A stretch of DNA of 64,000 nucleotides from Heterodontus francisci (Eukaryota). The position numbers were made by a program, and so were the translations under genes. Where the stretch lies: assembly GCF_036365525.1 (NCBI RefSeq), contig NC_090378.1, positions 123,799,593 to 123,863,592 on the forward strand. Reading direction: 5' to 3'. Position 1 is the stretch's first letter. The number at the start of each line of letters is the position of its first letter. Positions 18,001 to 33,519 of the stretch are shown here, in pieces. The notes below the pieces were generated by a model. The model ran no database searches. It had not been told where the DNA came from and worked only from the letters and a program-made list of their open reading frames with translations.

Positions 18001-21000
18001 ACTGACACATCCCACAGTTATATATAATATATAATAATGGACACACAGTCCCACCTCCTGGACTGACACATCCCACAGTTATATATAAAAATAATAATGG
18101 ACACACAGTCCCGCCTCCTGGACTGACACATCCCACAGTTATATATAATATATAATAATGGACACACAGTCCCACCTCCTGGACTGACACATCCCACAGT
18201 TATATATAAAAATAATAATGGACACACAGTCCCACCTCCTGGACTGACACATCCCACAGTTATATATAAAAATAATAATGGACACACAGTCCCACCTCCT
18301 GTACTGACGCATCCCACAGTTATATATAATATATAATAATGGACACACAGTCCCACCTCCTGTAATGACACATCCCACTGTTATATATAATATATAATAA
18401 TGGACACACAGTCCCACCTCCTGCACTGACACATCCCACAGTTATATATAATATATAATAATGGACACACAGTCCCACCTCCTGCACTGACACATCCCAC
18501 AGTTATATATAATATATAATAATGGACACACAGTCCCACCTCCTGTACTGACATGTCCCACAGTTATATATAAAAATAATAATGGACACACAGTCCCACC
18601 TCCTGGACTGACACATCCCAGAGTTATATATAATATATAATAATGGACACACAGTCCCACCTCCTGGACTGACACATCCCACAGTTATATATAAAAATAA
18701 TAATGGACACACAGTCCCACCTCCTGTACTGACACATCCCACTGTTATATATAATATATAATAATGGACACACAGTCCCACCTCCTGTACTGACACATCC
18801 CACTGTTATATCTAATATGTAATAATCGACACACAGTCCCACCTCCTGGACTGACACATCCCACAGTTATATATAATATATAATAATGGACACACAGTCC
18901 CACCTCCTGCACTGACACATCCCACAGTTATATAGAATATATAATAATGGACACACAGTCCCACCTCCTGCACTGACACATCCCACAGTTATATATAAAA
19001 ATAATAATGGACACACAGTCCCACCTCCTGGACTGACACATCCCAGAGTTATATATAATATATAATAATGGACACACAGTCCCACCTCCTGCACTGACAC
19101 ATCCCACAGTTATATATAATATATAATAATGGACACACAGACCCACCTCCTGTACTGACACATCCCACAGTTATATATAATATATAATAATGGACACACA
19201 GTCCCACCTCCTGGACTGACACATCCCACAGTTATATATAAAAATAATAATGGACACACAGTCCCACCTCCTGCACTGACACATCCCACAGTTATATCTA
19301 ATATGTAATAATCGACACACAGTCCCACCTCCTGGACTGACACATCCCACAGTTATATATAAAAATAATAATGGACACACAGTCCCACCTCCTGGACTGA
19401 CACATCCCACAGTTATATATAATATATAATAATGGACACACAGTCCCACCTCCTGCACTGACACATCCCACAGTTATATATAATATATAATAATGGACAC
19501 ACAGTCCCACCTCCTGGACTGACACATCCCACAGTTATATATAAAAATAATAATGGACACACAGTCCCACCTCCTGCACTGACACATCCCACAGTTATAT
19601 CTAATATGTAATAATCGACACACAGTCCCACCTCCTGGACTGACACATCCCACAGTTATATATAAAAATAATAATCGACACACAGTCCCACCTCCTGGAC
19701 TGACACATCCCACAGTTATATATAAAAATAATAATGGACACACAGTCCCACCTCCTGGACTGACACATCCCACAGTTATATATAATATATAATAATGGAC
19801 ACACAGTCCCACCTCCTGTACTGACACATCCCACAGTTATATATAATATATAATAATGGACACACAGTCCCACCTCCTGGACTGACACATTCCACAGTTA
19901 TATATAAAAATAATAATGGACACACAGTCCCACCTCCTGGACTGACACATCCCACAGTTATATATAAAAATAATAATGGACACACAGTCCCACCTCCTGT
20001 ACTGACACATCCCACAGTTATATATAATATATAATAATGGACACACAGTCCCACCTCCTGGACTGACACATCCCACAGTTATATATAATATATAATAATG
20101 GACACACAGTCCCACCTCCTGCACTGACACATCCCACAGTTATATATAATATATAATAATGGACACACAGTCCCACCTCCTGGACTGACACATCCCACAG
20201 TTATATATAAAAATAATAATGGACACACAGTCCCATCTCCTGGACTGACACATCCCACAGTTATATATAAAAATAATAATGGACACACAGTCCCACCTCC
20301 TGCACTGACACATCCCACAGTTATATATAATATATAATAATGGACACACAGTCCCACCTCCTGTACTAACACATCCCAGAGTTTTTTATAATATATAATA
20401 ATGGACACACAGTCCCATCTCCTGGACTGACACATCCCACAGTTATATATAAAAATAATAATGGACACACAGTCCCACCTCCTGCACTGACACATCCCAC
20501 AGTTATATATAATATATAATAATCGACACACAGTCCCACCTCCTGGACTGACACATCCCACAGTTATATATAAAAATAATAATGGACACACAGTCCCACC
20601 TCCTGGACTGACACATCCCACAGTTATATATAAAAATAATAATGGACACACGGTCCCACCTCCTGTACTGACACATCCCACAATCATATATAATATGTAA
20701 TAATCGACACACAGTCCCACCTCCTGTCGTGAAACATCCCACAGTTAGATATAAAAATAATAATGGACACACAGTCCCAACTCCGGTACTGACACATCCC
20801 ACAGTTATATATAATTTATAATAATGGACACACAGTACCACCTCCTGTACTGACACATCCCACAGTTATATATAATATATAATAATGGACACATAGTCCC
20901 ACCTCCTGTACTGACATGTCCCACAGTTATATATAAGATATAATAATGGACACACAGTCCCACCTCCTGTATACTGACACATCCCACAGTTATATATATA

Positions 21001-24000
21001 AATAATAATGGACACACAGTCCCACCTCCTCGACTGACACGTCCCACAGTTATATATAACATATAATAATGGAGACACAGTCCCACCTCCTGTCGTGACA
21101 CATCCCACAGTTAGATATAATATATAATAATGGACACACAGTCCCACCTCCTGTAGTGACATGTCCGACAGTTATATAGAATATATAACAATGGACACAC
21201 AGTCCAAACTCCGGTACTGACACGTCCCACAATAATATATCATATATACTCATAGACACACAGTCCCACCTACTGTACTAACACATCCCACAGTTATATA
21301 TAATATATAATAATGGACACACAGTCTCACCTCCTGTACGGATACATCCCACATTTATATATAATATATAATAATGGACACACAGTCCCACCTCCTGTAC
21401 TGACACATCCCACAATCATATATAATATATAATAATGGACACACAGTCCCACCTCCTGTACTGACACATCCCACAATCATATATAATATATAATAATGGA
21501 CACACAGTCCCACCTCCTGCACTGACACATCCCACAGTTATATATAATATATAATAATGGACACACAGTCCCACCTCCCGCACTGACACATCCCACAGTT
21601 ATATATAATAAATAATAATGGACACACAGTCCCACCTCCTCGACTGACACGTCCCACAGTTATATATAATATATAATAATGGACACACAGTCCCACCTCC
21701 TGCACTGACACATCCCACAGTTATATATAATATATAATAATGGACACACAGTCCCACCTCCTGCACTGACACATCCCACAATCATATATAATATATAATA
21801 ATGGACACACAGTCCCACCTCCTGCACTGACACATCCCACAGTTATATATAATATATAATAATGGACACACAGTCCCACCTCCCGCACTGACACATCCCA
21901 CAGTTATATATAATAAATAATAATGGACACACAGTCCCACCTCCTCGACTGACACGTCCCACAGTTATGTATAACATATAATAATGGACACACAGTCCCA
22001 CCTCCTGCACTGACAGATCCCACAGTTATATATAATATATAATAATGGACACACAGTCCCACCTCCTGCACTGACACATCCCACAGTAATATATAAAATA
22101 TAATAATGGACACACAGTCCCACCTCCTCGACTGACACGTCCCACAGTTATATATAACATATAATAATGGACACACAGTCCCACCTCCCGCACTGACACA
22201 TCCCACAGTTATACATAATATATAATCATGGACGCACAGTCCCACCTCCTCGACTGACACCTCCCACAGTTATATATAATATTTAATAATGGACACACAG
22301 TCCCACCTCCCGCACTGACACATCCCACAGTTATATATAATATATAATAATGGACACACAGTCCCACCTCCCGCACTGACACATCCCACAGTTATATATA
22401 ATATATAATAATGTACACACAGTCCCACCTCCCGCACTGACACATCCCACAGTTATATATAATATATAATCATGGACGCACAGTCCCACCTCCTCGACTG
22501 ACACCTCCCACAGTTATATATAATATATAATAATGGACACACAGTCCCACCTCCTGCACTGACACATCCCACAGTTATAAATAATATATAATAATGGACA
22601 CACAGTCCCACCTCCTGCACTGACACATCCCACAGTTATATATAATATATAATAATGGACGCACAGTCCCACCTGCTGTACTGACACATCCCACAGTTAT
22701 ATATAATATATAATAATGGACACACAGTCCCACCTGCTGTACTGACACATCCCACAGTTATATATAATATATAATAATGGACACACAGTCCCACCTCCCG
22801 CACTGACACATCCCACAGTTATATATAATATATAATAATGGACACACAGTCCCACCTCCCGCACTGACACATCCCACAGTTATATATAATATATAATAAT
22901 GGACACACAGTCCCACCTCCTGCACTGACACATCCCACAGTTATATATAATATATAATAATGGACGCACAGTCCCACCTCCTGTACTGACACATCCCACA
23001 GTTATATATAATAAATAATAATGGACACACAGTCCCACCTCCTCGACTGACACGTCCCACAGTTATATATAATATATAATAATGGACACACAGTCCCACC
23101 TCCTGCACTGACACATCCCACAGTTATATATAATATATAATAATGGACACACAGTCCCACCTCCTGCACTGACACATCCCACAATCATATATAATATATA
23201 ATAATGGACACACAGTCCCACCTCCTGCACTGACACGTCCCACAGTTATATATAATATATAATAATGGACACACAGTCCCACCTCCTGCACTGACACATC
23301 CCACAGTTATATATAATATATAATAATGGACACACAGTCCCACCTCCTGCACTGACACATCCCACAGTTATATATGATATATAATAATGGACACACAGTC
23401 CCACCTCCCGCACTGACACATCCCACAGTTATATATAATATATAATAATGTACACACAGTCCCACCTCCCGCACTGACACATCCCACAGTTATACATAAT
23501 ATATAATCATGGACGCACAGTCCCACCTCCTCGACTGACACCTCCCACAGTTATATATAATATTTAATAATGGACACACAGTCCCACCTCCCGCACTGAC
23601 ACATCCCACAGTTATATATAATATATAATAATGGACACACAGTCCCACCTCCCGCACTGACACATCCCACAGTTATATATAATATATAATAATGTACACA
23701 CAGTCCCACCTCCCGCACTGACACATCCCACAGTTATATATAATATATAATCATGGACGCACAGTCCCACCTCCTCGACTGACACCTCCCACAGTTATAT
23801 ATAATATATAATAATGGACACACAGTCCCACCTCCTGCACTGACACATCCCACAGTTATAAATAATATATAATAATGGACACACAGTCCCACCTCCTGCA
23901 CTGACACATCCCACAGTTATATATAATATATAATAATGAACGCACAGTCCCACCTGCTGTACTGACACATCCCACAGTTATATATAATATATAATAATGG

Positions 24001-27000
24001 ACACACAGTCCCACCTCCTGTACTGACACATCCCACAGTTATATATAATATATAATAATGGACACACAGTCCCACCTCCCGCACTGACACATCCCACAGT
24101 TATATATAATATATAATAATGGACACACAGTCCCACCTCCCGCACTGACACATCCCACAGTTATATATAATATATAATAATGGACACACAGTCCCACCTC
24201 CTGCACTGACACATCCCACAGTTATATATAATATATAATAATGGACGCACAGTCCCACCTCCTGTACTGACACATCCCACAGTTATATATAATATATAAT
24301 AATGGACACACAGTCCCACCTCCTGTACTGACACATCCCACAGTTATATATAATATATAATAATGGACACACAGTCCCACCTCCCGCACTGACACATCCC
24401 ACAGTTATATATAATATATAATAATGGACACACAGTCCCACCTCCCGCACTGACACATCCCACAGTTATATATAATATATAATAATGGACACACAGTCCC
24501 ACCTCCTGCACTGACACATCCCACAGTTATATATAATATATAATAATGGACACACAGTCCCACCTCCCGCACTGACACATCCACAGTTATATATAATATA
24601 TAATAATGGACACACAGTCCCACCTCCCGCACTGACACATCCACAGTTATATATAATATATAATAATGGACACACAGTCCCACCTCCTGTACTGACACAT
24701 CCCACAGTTATATATAATATATAATAATGGACACACAGTCCCACCTCCCGCACTGACACATCCCACAGTTATATATAATATATAATAATGGACACACAGT
24801 CCCACCTCCTGCACTGACACATCCCACAGTTATATATAATTTATAATAATGAACACACAGTCCCAACCCCTGCACTGACACGTCCCACAGTTATATATCA
24901 TATATAATAATGAACACACAGTCCCAACCCCTGCACTGACACGTCCCACAGTTATATATAATATATAATAATGAACACACAGTCCCAACCCCTGCATTGA
25001 CACGTCCCACAGTTATATATAATATATAATAATGAACACACAGTCCCAGCCCCTGCACTGACACGTCCCACAGTTATATATAATATATAATAATGGATAC
25101 ACAGTCCCACCTCCTGCACTGACGCAGCCCACAGTTATATATAATATATAATAATCGACACACTGTCCCACCTCCTGCACTGACACATCCCACAGTTATA
25201 TATAATATATATTAATGGACACACAGTCCCACCTCCCGCACTGACACATCCCACAGTTATATATAATATATAATAATGGACACACAGTCCCACCTCCCGC
25301 ACTGACACATCCCACAGTTATATATAATATATAATAATGAACACACAGTCCCACCTCCCGCACTGACACATCCCACAGTTATATATAATATATAATAATG
25401 AACACACAGTCCCAACCCCTGCACTGACACGTCCCACAGTTATATATAATACATATTAATGAACACACAGTCCCACCTGCTGTACTGACGCATCCCACAG
25501 TTATATATAATATATAATAATGAACACACAGTCCCAACCCCTGCACTGACACGTCCCACAGTTATATATAATATATAATAATGGACACACAGTCCCACCT
25601 CCTGAACTGACACGTCCCACAGTTATATATAATATATAATAATGAACACACAGTCCCAACCCCTGCACTGACACGTCCCACAGTTACATATAATATATAA
25701 TAATGAACACACAGTCCCAACCCCTGCATTGACACGTCCCACAGTTATATATAATATATAATAATGAACACACAGTCCCAACCCCTGCACTGACACGTCC
25801 CACAGTTATATATAATATATAATAATGAACACACAGTCCCAACCCCTGCATTGACACGTCCCACAGTTATATATAATATATAATAATGAACACACAGTCC
25901 CAACCCCTGCATTGACACGTCCCACAGTTATATATAATATATAATAATGAACACACAGTCCCAACCCCTGCATTGACACGTCCCACAGTTATATATAATA
26001 TATAATAATGAACACACAGTCCCAACCCCTGCATTGACACGTCCCACAGTTATATATAATATATAATAATGAACACACAGTCCCAACCCCTGCATTGACA
26101 CGTCCCACAGTTATATATAATATATAATAATGAACACACAGTCCCAACCCCTGCACTGACACGTCCCACAGTTATATATAATATATAATAATGAACACAC
26201 AGTCCCAACCCCTGCACTGACACGTCCCACAGTTATATATAATATATAATAATGAACACACAGTCCCAACCCCTGCATTGACACGTCCCACAGTTATATA
26301 TAATATATAATAATGAACACACAGTCCCAGCCCCTGCACTGACACGTCCCACAGTTATATATAATATATAATAATGGATACACAGTCCCACCTCCTGCAC
26401 TGACGCAGCCCACAGTTATATATAATATATAATAATCGACACACTGTCCCACCTCCTGCACTGACACATCCCACAGTTATATATAATATATATTAATGGA
26501 CACACAGTCCCACCTCCCGCACTGACACATCCCACATTTATATATAATATATAATAATGGACACACAGTCCCACCTCCCGCACTGACACATCCCACAGTT
26601 ATATATAATATATAATAATGAACACACAGTCCCACCTCCCGCACTGACACATCCCACAGTTATATATAATATATAATAATGAACACACAGTCCCAACCCC
26701 TGCACTGACACGTCCCACAGTTATATATAATACATATTAATGAACACACAGTCCCACCTGCTGTACTGACGCATCCCACAGTTATATATAATATATAATA
26801 ATGAACACACAGTCCCAACCCCTGCACTGACACGTCCCACAGTTATATATAATATATAATAATGGATACACAGTCCCACCTCCTGCACTGACGCATCCCA
26901 CAGTTATATATAATATATAATAATCGACACACAGTCCCACCTCCTGTACTGACACATCCCACAGTTATATATAATATATAATAATGAACACACAGTCCCA

Positions 27001-30000
27001 CCTCCTGTACTGACACATCCCACTGTTATATATAATATATAATAATGGACACACAGTCCCACCTCCTGTACTGACAAATCCCACAGTTATATACAATATA
27101 TAATAATGGACACACAGTCCCACCTCCTGTACTGACACATCCCACAGTTATATATAATATATGATAATGGACACACAGTCCCACCACCTGCAATGACACA
27201 TCCCACAGTTATATATAATATATAATAATGGACACACAGTCCCACCACCTGCAATGAAACATCCCACAGTTATATATAATATATAATAATGGACACACAG
27301 TCCCACCTCCTGTACTGACACATCACACAGTTATATATAATATATAATAATGGACACACAGTCCCACCTCCTGTACTGACACATCCCACAGTTATATATA
27401 ATATATAATAATGGACACACAGTCCCACTTCCCGCACTGACACATCCCACAGTTATATATAATATATAATAATGGACACACAGTCCCACCTCCTGTACTG
27501 ACACATCACACAGTTATATATAATATATAATAATGGACACACAGTCCCACCTCCTGTACTGACACATCCCACAGTTATATATAATATATAATAATGGACA
27601 CACAGTCCCACCTCCTGCACTGACACATCCCACAGTTATATATCATAAATAAAAATGGACACACAGTCCTACCTCCTGTACTGACACATCCCACAGTTAT
27701 ATATAATATATAATAATGGACACACAGTCCCACCTCCTGGACTGACACATCCCACAGTTATATATAATATATAATAATGGACACACAGTCCCACCTCCGG
27801 TACTGACAAATCCCACAGTTATTTACAATATATAATAATGGACACACAGTCCCACCTCCTGCACTGACACATCCCACAGTTATATATAATATATAATAAT
27901 TGACACACAGTCCCACCTCCGGTACTGACAAATCCCACAGTTATATATAATATATAATAATGGACACACAGTCCCACCTCCTGCACTGACACATCCCACA
28001 GTTATATATAATATATGATAATGGACACACAGTCCCACCACCTGCAATGACATATCCCACAGTTATATATAATATATAACAATGGACACACAGTCCCACC
28101 TCCTGTACTGACACATCCCACAGTTTTTTATCATATATGATAATGGACACACAGTCCCACCACCTGCAATGACACATCCCACATTTATATATAATATATA
28201 ATAATGGAGACACAGTCCCACCTCCTGTCGTGAAACATCCCACAGTTAGATATAAAAATAATAATGGACACACAGTCCCACCTCCGGTACTGACACATCC
28301 CACAGTTATATATATAAATAATAATGGACACACATTCCCACCTCCTGTACGGATACATCCCTCATTTATATATAATATATAATAATGGAGACACAGTCCC
28401 ACCTCCTGTAGTGACACATCCCACAGTTAGATATAATATATAATAATGGACACACAGTCCCACCTCCTGTAGTGACATGTCCGACAGTTATATAGAATAT
28501 ATAACAATGGACACACAGTCCAAACTCCGGTACTGACACGTCCCACAATAATATATAACATATACTCATAGACACACAGTCCCACCTCCTGCACTGACAC
28601 ATCCCACAGTTATATATAAAAATAATAATGGACACACAGTCCCACCTCCTGCACTGACACATCCCACAATAATATATTATATAGAACAATGGACACACAG
28701 TCCCACCTCCTGTACTGACACATCCCACAGTTATATATAATATTTGATAATGGACACACAGTCCCACCACCTGCAATGACACATCCCACAGTTATATATA
28801 ATATATAATAATGGACACACAGTCCCACCTCCTGTACTGACACATCCCACAGTTTTTTATAATATATGATAATGGACACACAGTCCCACCTCCTGGACTG
28901 ACACATCCCACAGTTATATATAATATATAATAATGGACACACAGTCCCACCTCCTGTACTGACACATCCCACAGTTATATATAATATTTGATAATGGACA
29001 CACAGTCCCACCACCTGCAATGACACATCCCACATTTATATATAATATATAATAATGAACACACAGTCCCACCTCCTGTCGTGAAACATCCCACAGTTAG
29101 ATATAAAAATAATAATGGAGACACAGTCCCACCTCCGGTACTGACACATCCCACAGTTAGATATAAAAATAATAATGGACACACAGTCCCACCTCCTGTA
29201 CTGACACATCCCACAATCATATATAATATATAATAATGGACACACAGTCCCACCTCCTGTACTGACACATCCCAGACTTATATATAATAAATAATAATGG
29301 ACACACAGTCCCACCTCCTGGACTGACACATCCCACAGTTATATATAATATATAATAATGGACACACAATCCCACCTCCTGTACTGACACATCCCACAAT
29401 CATATATAATATATAATAATGGACACACAGTCCCACCTCCTGTACTGACACATCCCACAATCATATATAATATATAATAATGGACACACAGTCCCACCTC
29501 CTGCACTGACACATCCCACAGTTATATATAATATATAATAATGGACACACAGTCCCACCTCCTGTACTGACACATCCCACAGTTATATATAATATATAAT
29601 AATGGACACACAGTCCCACCTCCCGCACTGACACATCCCACAGTTATATATAATAAATAATAATGGACACACAGTCCCACCTCCTCGACTGACACGTCCC
29701 ACAGTTATATATAATATATACTAATGGACACACAGTCCCACCTCCTGCACTGACACATCCCACAGTTATATATAATATATAATAATGGACACACAGTCCC
29801 ACCTCCTGCACTGACACATCCCACAGTTATATATGATATATAATAATGGACACACAGTCCCACCTCCCGCACTGACACATCCCACAGTTATATATAATAT
29901 ATAATAATGTACACACAGTCCCACCTCCCGCACTGACACATCCCACAGTTATACATAATATATAATAATGGACACACAGTCCCACCTCCCGCACTGACAC

Positions 30001-32155
30001 ATCCCACAGTTATATATAATATATAATAATGGACACACAGTCCCACCTCCTGCACTGACACATCCCACAGTTATAAATAATATATAATAATGGACACACA
30101 GTCCCACCTCCTGCACTGACACATCCCACAGTTATATATAATATATAATAATGGACGCACAGTCCCACCTGCTGTACTGACACATCCCACAGTTATATAT
30201 AATATATAATAATGGACACACAGTCCCACCTCCTGTACTGACACATCCCACAGTTATATATAATATATAATAATGGACACACAGTCCCACCTCCCGCACT
30301 GACACATCCCACAGTTATATATAATATATAATAATGGACACACAGTCCCACCTCCTGTACTGACACATCCCACAGTTATATATAATATATAATAATGGAC
30401 ACACAGTCCCACCTCACGCACTGACACATCCCACAGTTATATATAATATATAATAATGGACACACAGTCCCACCTCCTGTACTGACACATCCCACAGTTA
30501 TATATAATATATAATAATGGACGCACAGTCCCACCTCCTGCACTGACACATCCCACAGTTATATATAATATATAATAATGGACGCACAGTCCCACCTCCT
30601 GTACTGACACATCCCACAGTTATATATAATACATAATAATGGACACACAGTCCCACCTCCTGCACTGACACATCCCACAGTTATATATAATATATAATAA
30701 TGGACGCACAGTCCCACCTCCCGCACTGACACATCCCACAGTTATATATAATATATAATAATGGACACACAGTCCCACCTCCTGTACTGACACATCCCAC
30801 AGTTATATATAATATATAATAATGGACACACAGTCCCACCTCCTGTACTGACACATCCCACAGTTATATATAATATATCATAATGGACACACAGTCCCAC
30901 CTCCCGCACTGACACATCCCACAGTTATATATAATTTATAATAATGGACACACAGTCCCACCTCCCGCACTGACACATCCACAGTTATATATAATATATA
31001 ATAATGGACACACAGTCCCACCTCCTGCACTGACACATCCCACAGTTATATATAATATATAATAATGGACGCACAGTCCCACCTCCCGCACTGACACATC
31101 CCACAGTTATATATAATATATAATAATGGACACACAGTCCCACCTCCTGTACTGACACATCCCACAGTTATATATAATATATAATAATGGACACACAGTC
31201 CCACCTCCTGTACTGACACATCCCACAGTTATATATAATATATCATAATGGACACACAGTCCCACCTCCCGCACTGACACATCCCACAGTTATATATAAT
31301 ATATAATAATGGACACACAGTCCCACCTCCTGCACTGACACATCCCACAGTTATATATAATATATAATAATGGACACACAGTCCCACCTCCCGCACTGAC
31401 ACATCCACAGTTATATATAATATATAATAATGGACACACAGTCCCACCTCCCGCACTGACACATCCCACAGTTATATATAATATATAATAATGGACACAC
31501 AGTCCCACCTCCTGTACTGACACATCCACAGTTATATATAATATATCATAATGGACACACAGTCCCACCTCCCGCACTGACACATCCCACAGTTATATAT
31601 AATATATAATAATGGACACACAGTCCCACCTCCTGCACTGACACATCCCACAGTTATATATAATATATAATAATGGACACACAGTCCCACCTCCCGCACT
31701 GACACATCCACAGTTATATATAATATATAATAATGGACACACAGTCCCACCTCCCGCACTGACACATCCCACAGTTATATATAATATATAATAATGGACA
31801 CACAGTCCCACCTCCTGTTCTGACACATCACACATTTATATATAATATATAATAATGGACACACAGTCCCACCTCCTGTACTGACACATCCCACAGTTAT
31901 ATATAATATATAATAATGGACACACAGTCCCACCTCCTGCACTGACACATCCCACAGTTATATATAATATATAATAATGGACACACAGTCCCACCTCCTG
32001 TTCTGACACATCACACATTTATATATAATATATAATAATGGACACACAGACCCACCTCCTGTTCTGACACATCACACATTTATAAATAATATATAATAAT
32101 GGACATAGTCCCACCTCCCGCACTGACACATCCACAGTTATATTTATTATATCAT
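1..32155. repeat. 61-bp tandem satellite array, about 525 copies, running off the left edge of the window
   Basis: Consensus GGACACACAGTCCCACCTCCTG(C/T/G)ACTGACACATCCCACAGTTATATATAATATATAATAAT (61 nt) is repeated head-to-tail. There are 60-bp (ATAAAAATAAT) and 62-bp length variants. The array ends in degenerate copies near 32,150. Confidence 0.98.
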
Positions 32156-32461
32156 AAACAGACGGTGTATTAAAACAGTTGCTTCAATCTCCTGTCTTAC
32201 CTATCTGGGAAATATTTGCTGTTTTGTGCATTGCTGCCACATGTGTCGATGAGAGTGTTGACAGAAACATTCCCCTGAACGGTGTGAGGAATTGGGAAAG
32301 GATGGAGGAGTTTAGAGAGGACTAGGAGCTGCTTTCTTCATCAGTGAGAATCTCACAGCTCTGGAGATTTGACATTTTGCTTCATTCGATTCTCTCTGGG
32401 TTCTCGTGGAGTCGCTTCATGAGCAAAGACTAATTATTGATCATTATTATTGACCCCCCAT

Positions 32462-32560
32462 CCCAGGTCAGACACCCCAGGTCAGTTACTATGGAAACAG
32501 GTTTCTTCTCATCTGATTGGACAATCTGGTTGACACAATTTTCACCAATCAAAATCCAAT
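32462..32560. promoter_or_regulatory. Candidate promoter: RFX X-box plus three CCAAT boxes
   Basis: GTTACTATGGAAAC at 32485-32498 fits the palindromic RFX X-box pattern. CTGATTGG lies at 32513-32520 and CCAAT at 32545 and 32556. CCCAGGTCAG is duplicated just upstream. Motif-only evidence. Confidence 0.35.
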
Positions 32561-32599
32561 TTAGAAAAGTGTCGAAATGAATAAAACTGAAATCATAAA

Positions 32600-33040
32600 T
32601 AGAAAGCAAACTGAACAAATTAAAGCCTGATTTTATTTTCACTATCCACTACAGTCTCCTGTCCCTGTGGTGCCCACTGCAGCCTGAAGGCCTCAAGTGA
32701 CACAGCAGACACCCCCTGCTCCTTCTCCAGGGCCACCCGGGTGGGGATAATGCCATGGTAGAGAGACTGGCAGCCAGTGCCACCACCCCCATGGGTCCCA
32801 TCCAACTCGGGCCTGTGGATGGACACCTTGGCCAGGCCCAGGAGCAGACCCACGAGGAGGGGCCTCCAACCTGCCCACTCCCCTCTACACTGGGTGGCCA
32901 AAGATCAGGAGCGTGGGCCTGAATTAGAACCAGAGGATGAGGAGCAGCCCCTTCAAATAATGGAACAGGGGCCACAACCTCTCCCACTCCATGTAGACAT
33001 GATCCACTGACTCTGAAACTCACTGTTTTCAAATGGTCCA
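32600..33040 (-). mobile_element. Tx1-like (L1 clade) LINE, 3' fragment, degenerate
   Basis: Minus-strand translation LLVGLLLGLAKVSIHR...RVALEKEQGVS...AFRLQWAPQG aligns by eye with the ORF2 C-terminus of the Tx1 copy at 53,100-53,600 (LLIGLLLGLAKVAIHR...RVSLEKEQAVS...WSPQG). Confidence 0.75.
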
Positions 33041-33265
33041 TGAGGAAGAGCAGAGTCAGCAACAGAAACATCACATTTACAGAAACACCCCTCCCCTTTT
33101 TTCCAGGGCACAGGCAGGTGAGCTCGGTTTGCTGGGAGATTTTCATTTTCCAGGAATTGAGTGGCTCCAGGCTTTTCCATCTGATGTGGTGGGAAGAGCA
33201 GCTGGAAGATTTATCATCGACAAGTAGAATTCCCAACTTTCCCAAGCACGGCAGCATGGAATTCA

Positions 33266-33358
33266 GACAGAGAGAGAGAGTGAAACAGAGACAGTAGGAG
33301 AGAGAGAGAAACAGAGACAGTGGGAGAGAGAGAATGACAGAAAGAGAGACATTGGGGG
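33266..33358. repeat. GA-rich simple repeat abutting the gap
   Basis: Imperfect (GA)n/(GACA) tract. Confidence 0.85.
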
Positions 33359-33519
33359 NNNNNNNNNNNNNNNNNNNNNNNNNNNNNNNNNNNNNNNNNN
33401 NNNNNNNNNNNNNNNNNNNNNNNNNNNNNNNNNNNNNNNNNNNNNNNNNNNNNNNNNNNNNNNNNNNNNNNNNNNNNNNNNNNNNNNNNNNNNNNNNNNN
33501 NNNNNNNNNNNNNNNNNNN
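33359..33519. other. Assembly gap (161 N)
   Basis: Run of N. Confidence 1.

Noticed and set aside
407-32018. Dozens of Cys/Tyr-rich minus-strand ORFs (MSVQEVGLCVHYYILYITVGC...)
   Set aside because: These are translations of the 61-bp satellite. The unit is not a multiple of 3, and ORF length depends on where the 60/62-bp variants fall.
1-32155. CRISPR-like appearance (GC-rich and AT-rich alternation)
   Set aside because: There are no unique spacers and no cas genes, and the context is vertebrate.
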